Source of the DNA: Mobula hypostoma
Taxonomy: Eukaryota
Assembly: GCF_963921235.1 (NCBI RefSeq)
Contig: NC_086109.1
Location: 37,326,001 to 37,390,000, forward strand
DNA length: 64,000 nucleotides
Direction: 5' to 3'
Part shown: piece after piece, positions 60,346-64,000 of the stretch
Layout of the letters: each line of letters starts with the position of its first letter
How positions within the stretch are numbered: the first letter of the stretch is position 1
The notes under the pieces: generated by a model
The model's database searches: none
What the model was told of the DNA's origin: nothing
The model's input: only the letters and a program-made list of their open reading frames with translations
Position numbers and translations under genes: made by a program

Positions 60346-63086
60346 ACAGAGGAGTGAGTCCCCCTACACCCAGCATATTGCAAGCAAATGTGCAGTCACT
60401 GGAGAACAACATGGAGTACCTGAGGGCAAGATTGCCGTATCAAAGTGAAATGAGAGATTATTGTGTTCTATGTTTAACTGAAACATGGCTTCCTCCCAGC
60501 ATTCCAGATAAGGTGATCAGACCTAAAGGCTCTTGATTCAAAGGATGCGCTGAGCTGCTGATTTTTAGAAAAGGCAAAGGATGAGCTGCATTGCTGATTC
60601 AGAAAAGGTAAAAGTTAAAGATGCTGTATGTGCTTCATGATAAACTCTAAGTGATGCTCCTATATGGCAGTTTTGTTAAACCCATGTTCCCAGACCTTGA
60701 ACATCTAACAATCAAATGCCATCCATTCTATTTCCTTAGTAAGTTCTCATCCGTGAACCTCAACGGAGTTTACATACCACCAGTGGTCAACTATAATCAA
60801 GCACTTGAGATTCTGCAGGATGCCGTCAACAAACAAGAAAGAGTCCATCCATCCTGCTGCATTTTAAATCATATTCAGGGACTTCAACTAGAGTTATCTG
60901 AAGAAATCCCTGCCCAATTACCATCTGCATATAACCTGTAGCACCAAAGGTCCCAGCACGCTAGACCACTGTTAAACGAAGATAAGGAATGCTTGCTGTT
61001 CCATGCCCAGGCTGCATTTTGGGAAATCTGACTACTTGGTTGTCCTTCTCCCACCTTATACAGGTAGAGAAGCTGAAGAGCAAGGCTCAAGAAATAAGAA
61101 CAACAAATAGATGGTCGAGGGAGGCAGAGGAGTGGCTATGCGATTGTTTCAAGTCAGTGGACTGGGCCGTGTTCAAGGACTCATTTGTAGTTCAGAATTA
61201 ATCCACCATGGGTGTCATGGACTTTATAAAAAACAGTTATTAATTCTTTAGTGAAAGTTGAGGCAATAAAAGTCCTTTTTTGTACAGATTGAAAAGTCTA
61301 AATTTCGACAAGCTCATTGTCCCTTGTCAGAGGTTTCCAATTGTACACTAGTGTGTCCCCACAAAATTATCCAGTGTCTTCCCCAACCAGAAGCCATGAT
61401 CTGCTGAGGGCTAGATCAAAGGCATTCAAGTCTGGTGACCAAGAAGGTTACAAGAAGTCCAGTATGATCTCCAGAAAGCCATCTCATAAGCAAAGTGACA
61501 ATCCCAAATTAAACTTGAATCACAAAGGATGCTCGACAGTTGTGGCAATACTTGAATGCTATCACCTTCTATAAAGTAAAATCAAGAAATATAGATGACG
61601 CCAGGGTCTTGCTTCCTGATGAGCTCAATGCCTTCTATGCTAGCTTGACCATTTAAACATGGAGGAGCCATTGTAAACTCCCACATCCCCGATGATCCTG
61701 TGATTTCAGTCTCTGAGGCTAATGTATAAGCAGCCTTCAGGTAGGTGAACCCTTGAAAAGCTTATTTCCCAGGCAGGATAGCTGGCCAAGTACTAAAGTG
61801 CTGTGCTAATCAACTGGTTGCAATGTTCACGAAGATCTTTAAGCTCTCACTATGGCAGTGAGGTACCAACCAGCTTCAAGCAGGCTCCACTTATATGGAT
61901 GCCTAAGAACATGGTAACCAGCCTCAATGACTATCATCCAGTAGCGCTTACTTCACAGTGATGAATTGTATTGATAAGTTTGTAATGAAGCATATCAACT
62001 CTTGTCAGAGAAGCGACTTGGATCTGCTCTAATTTGCCTACTGCTCAAGGTATCTACTACAGATGCCATCTCTTTGGCTTTTCACTCTACCATGGGAAAT
62101 CTGAACAGCAAAGATACATACTTCAGGAGGCTCTTTATTGACTACACCTTGATATTCAATATCATCATCCCCTCAAAAGTAATCAATAAGCTTCAAGACC
62201 TTGCCCTCAATTCCTCCTTCTGCAATTAGATCCTCAATTTCCTCACTTGCAGAGCTGATTATTAACTTCAGGAGGAGAAAACCAGAGGTCCATGACCCAG
62301 TCTTCATTAGAGTATCAGAGGTGGGGAGGATCAGCAACTTCAAATTCTTCAGTGTTATCATTCCAGAGGACCTGTCCTGGACTCAACTCAGCAAATACGA
62401 AGAAAACACGGTAGCGCCTCTACCTGCTTAAAAGGTTGTGAAGATTCTGAATGACATCTCAAACATTGACAAAGTTCTACAGATGTGTAGTGGAGAGTAT
62501 ATTGACTGGCTATCTCACAGCCTGCATAGAAACACTATGCCCTTGAATGGAAAATCCTACAAAAAGTGGTAGACACTGCCCATCACAGGTAAAACCCTCC
62601 CAACCATTTGAGTACATCTACACAGAGCATCCATCTTCAGGGATTTCCACTACCCAAAGCATGCCCTCTTGTCGCTGCTGCCATCAGTCAGAAGGGTCAG
62701 AAGCCTCAGGAGTCACACCACCAGGTTTAGGATCAATTACTACCCCTCAACTATCAGGTACTTGAACCAAAAAGGATAACTTCACTGAATTTCACATGTC
62801 AATTACTAAAATATTCCCACAACCTATGGACTCACTTTCAAGGATTCTTCATATTGTGTTTTTGATATTTATTGTCTATTTATTTATTTATTATTATTTC
62901 CTGCTTTTTGTATTTGCACACGTTGTTGTCTTTTGCACACTAATTGAACACTCAGTTGGTGCAGATTTTCATTGATTCAATTATTATTCTATTGTGGATT
63001 TATTGAATATGTTCAGAAGAAAATGAATCTCAGGGTTGCATATGGTGACATGAATGTACTTTGGTAATAAATTTTCTTTGAACGTT
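60346..63086 (+). mobile_element. Rex1/Babar LINE (endonuclease, partial RT, 3' end) nested in L2
   Basis: PTPSILQANVQSLEN...CVLCLTETWL, VYIPP, LFIDY..FNIIIP. RT core deleted near 62252. Tail aataaattttctttgaac. Candidate TSD aatgat (60340-60345, 63087-63092). Confidence 0.88.
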
Positions 63087-64000
63087 AATGATGCTGAAAA
63101 ACGAATTCACACCTTTATATTGAATAGACGAGATTACTGCAATACACTTTTTAATGGTCTTCCAAAGCAATTTATTGTCAAAGTTCAACTCATTCAAAAT
63201 GTTGGTGTTAGACTTTTAACTAACAGGATGAGGGAGCATATCACCCCTGTACTTGCTGCTCTGCATTGGTTTCCTGTATCTTTTAAAATTATTGTTAAAA
63301 TCTTTCACTTTTTGTTTATGCTTTCAATGTCCTGGGAGCAGAGAATATCACAGAATTGCTTTCGTTTTGTAATCCTGCTCAAGCTCTCAGGTCTTCTTCC
63401 ACCGGGCTCTTAAATTTAAACAATCTCCTCAAAAAATAATTGGCAGGTCAGTTTTTCATCACCTACACTCCGAAACTGTGGAACTCAATTTCTAAAACCA
63501 TGAAAGGTGCAGACTCAGCTAACACTTTTAAATGCTTGCTCAAAACTTATTTATTTATCCTTGCTATTAACTAATATCTTTTTGTCTTTTATTTTTATGC
63601 TTGCACTTTATCCCATTGTAAGCACTTTGAACTGCTTCATTTTTGTGAAAAGTGCTTTATAGGTACAGTAAGTTATTATTAACATTATTTTTAAACTCTG
63701 TGAAGACTTGTTATGTACTTCATTTTATGGTAGTGACTTTCTTTTATTTCACTTAGATTGTACCAGTACTAAAAATAATCTAGATGTAATCCTTTTGGAG
63801 CATATTGAGCTTTAATTTTGCCAAATAAGTGATTTATCGCCAGTAAAATAAAGGGAAGTGATCTAAAAGCAATAACCGTACTGTTTGCCAAGTTGCTTCT
63901 AAGAAGGTCTTTTCTCAAGAAAAGGATTTGCTCTCCAATTTTACTTTCAATGCTCATCTGTTCCCCTTATAACCATTGCACCAGCTTCCCACCAGAATTC

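Larger units (their letters stand above)
59050..63690 (+). mobile_element. L2 LINE (RT and 3' end) split by CR1 and Rex1; L2 parts are 59050-59960 and 63087-63690
   Basis: PLLKKPNLD...NYR, YADDTQL, ...FAKVHLFLS | NDAEKRIHTFILNRRDYCN, REHITPVLAALHWFPV. L2-type tail tgtaagcactttga...gaaaagtgctttat...ttattatt. Confidence 0.9.

Noticed and set aside
1..64000. CRISPR arrays, operons, rRNA or other prokaryotic systems
   Set aside because: No regularly spaced repeat-spacer array, no gene-dense operon structure and no rRNA motifs. The content is vertebrate transposon-derived.

Overview
Eukaryotic, non-bacterial DNA. The repeat repertoire (CR1 LINEs with (TTCTATG)n-type tails, tRNA-headed V-SINE/HE1-like SINEs, Rex1/Babar and L2 LINEs, Penelope termini) points to a cartilaginous fish, probably a ray; this is inference. 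I found no host protein-coding exon, so the window looks like a large intron or gene desert. Every ORF-track ORF with recognisable homology is a transposon fragment or its antisense shadow. Contents: many CR1, Rex1/Babar and L2 LINE fragments; two internally deleted Gypsy LTR proviruses (31057-34659 with a tRNA-Leu PBS, 48370-53553 with a tRNA-Pro-like PBS); an older Gypsy integrase fossil; hAT (Charlie/Buster-type) transposon and MITEs with 8-bp TSDs; decayed Harbinger Myb and HARBI1-like genes; two Penelope (GIY-YIG) elements; and about ten short Penelope-terminal, often palindromic, insertions carrying minimal hammerhead-ribozyme motifs, several with 12-15 bp TSDs. One hammerhead (54065-54102, minus strand) has an intact catalytic core. 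Nesting is extensive and the insertion order can be read from TSDs. I cannot support a wholly new biological system. The best leads are the hammerhead-bearing mini-elements, the non-coding Rex1-tailed retroposons and the split Harbinger. All family assignments come from motif recognition by eye, and most boundaries without a TSD are approximate.
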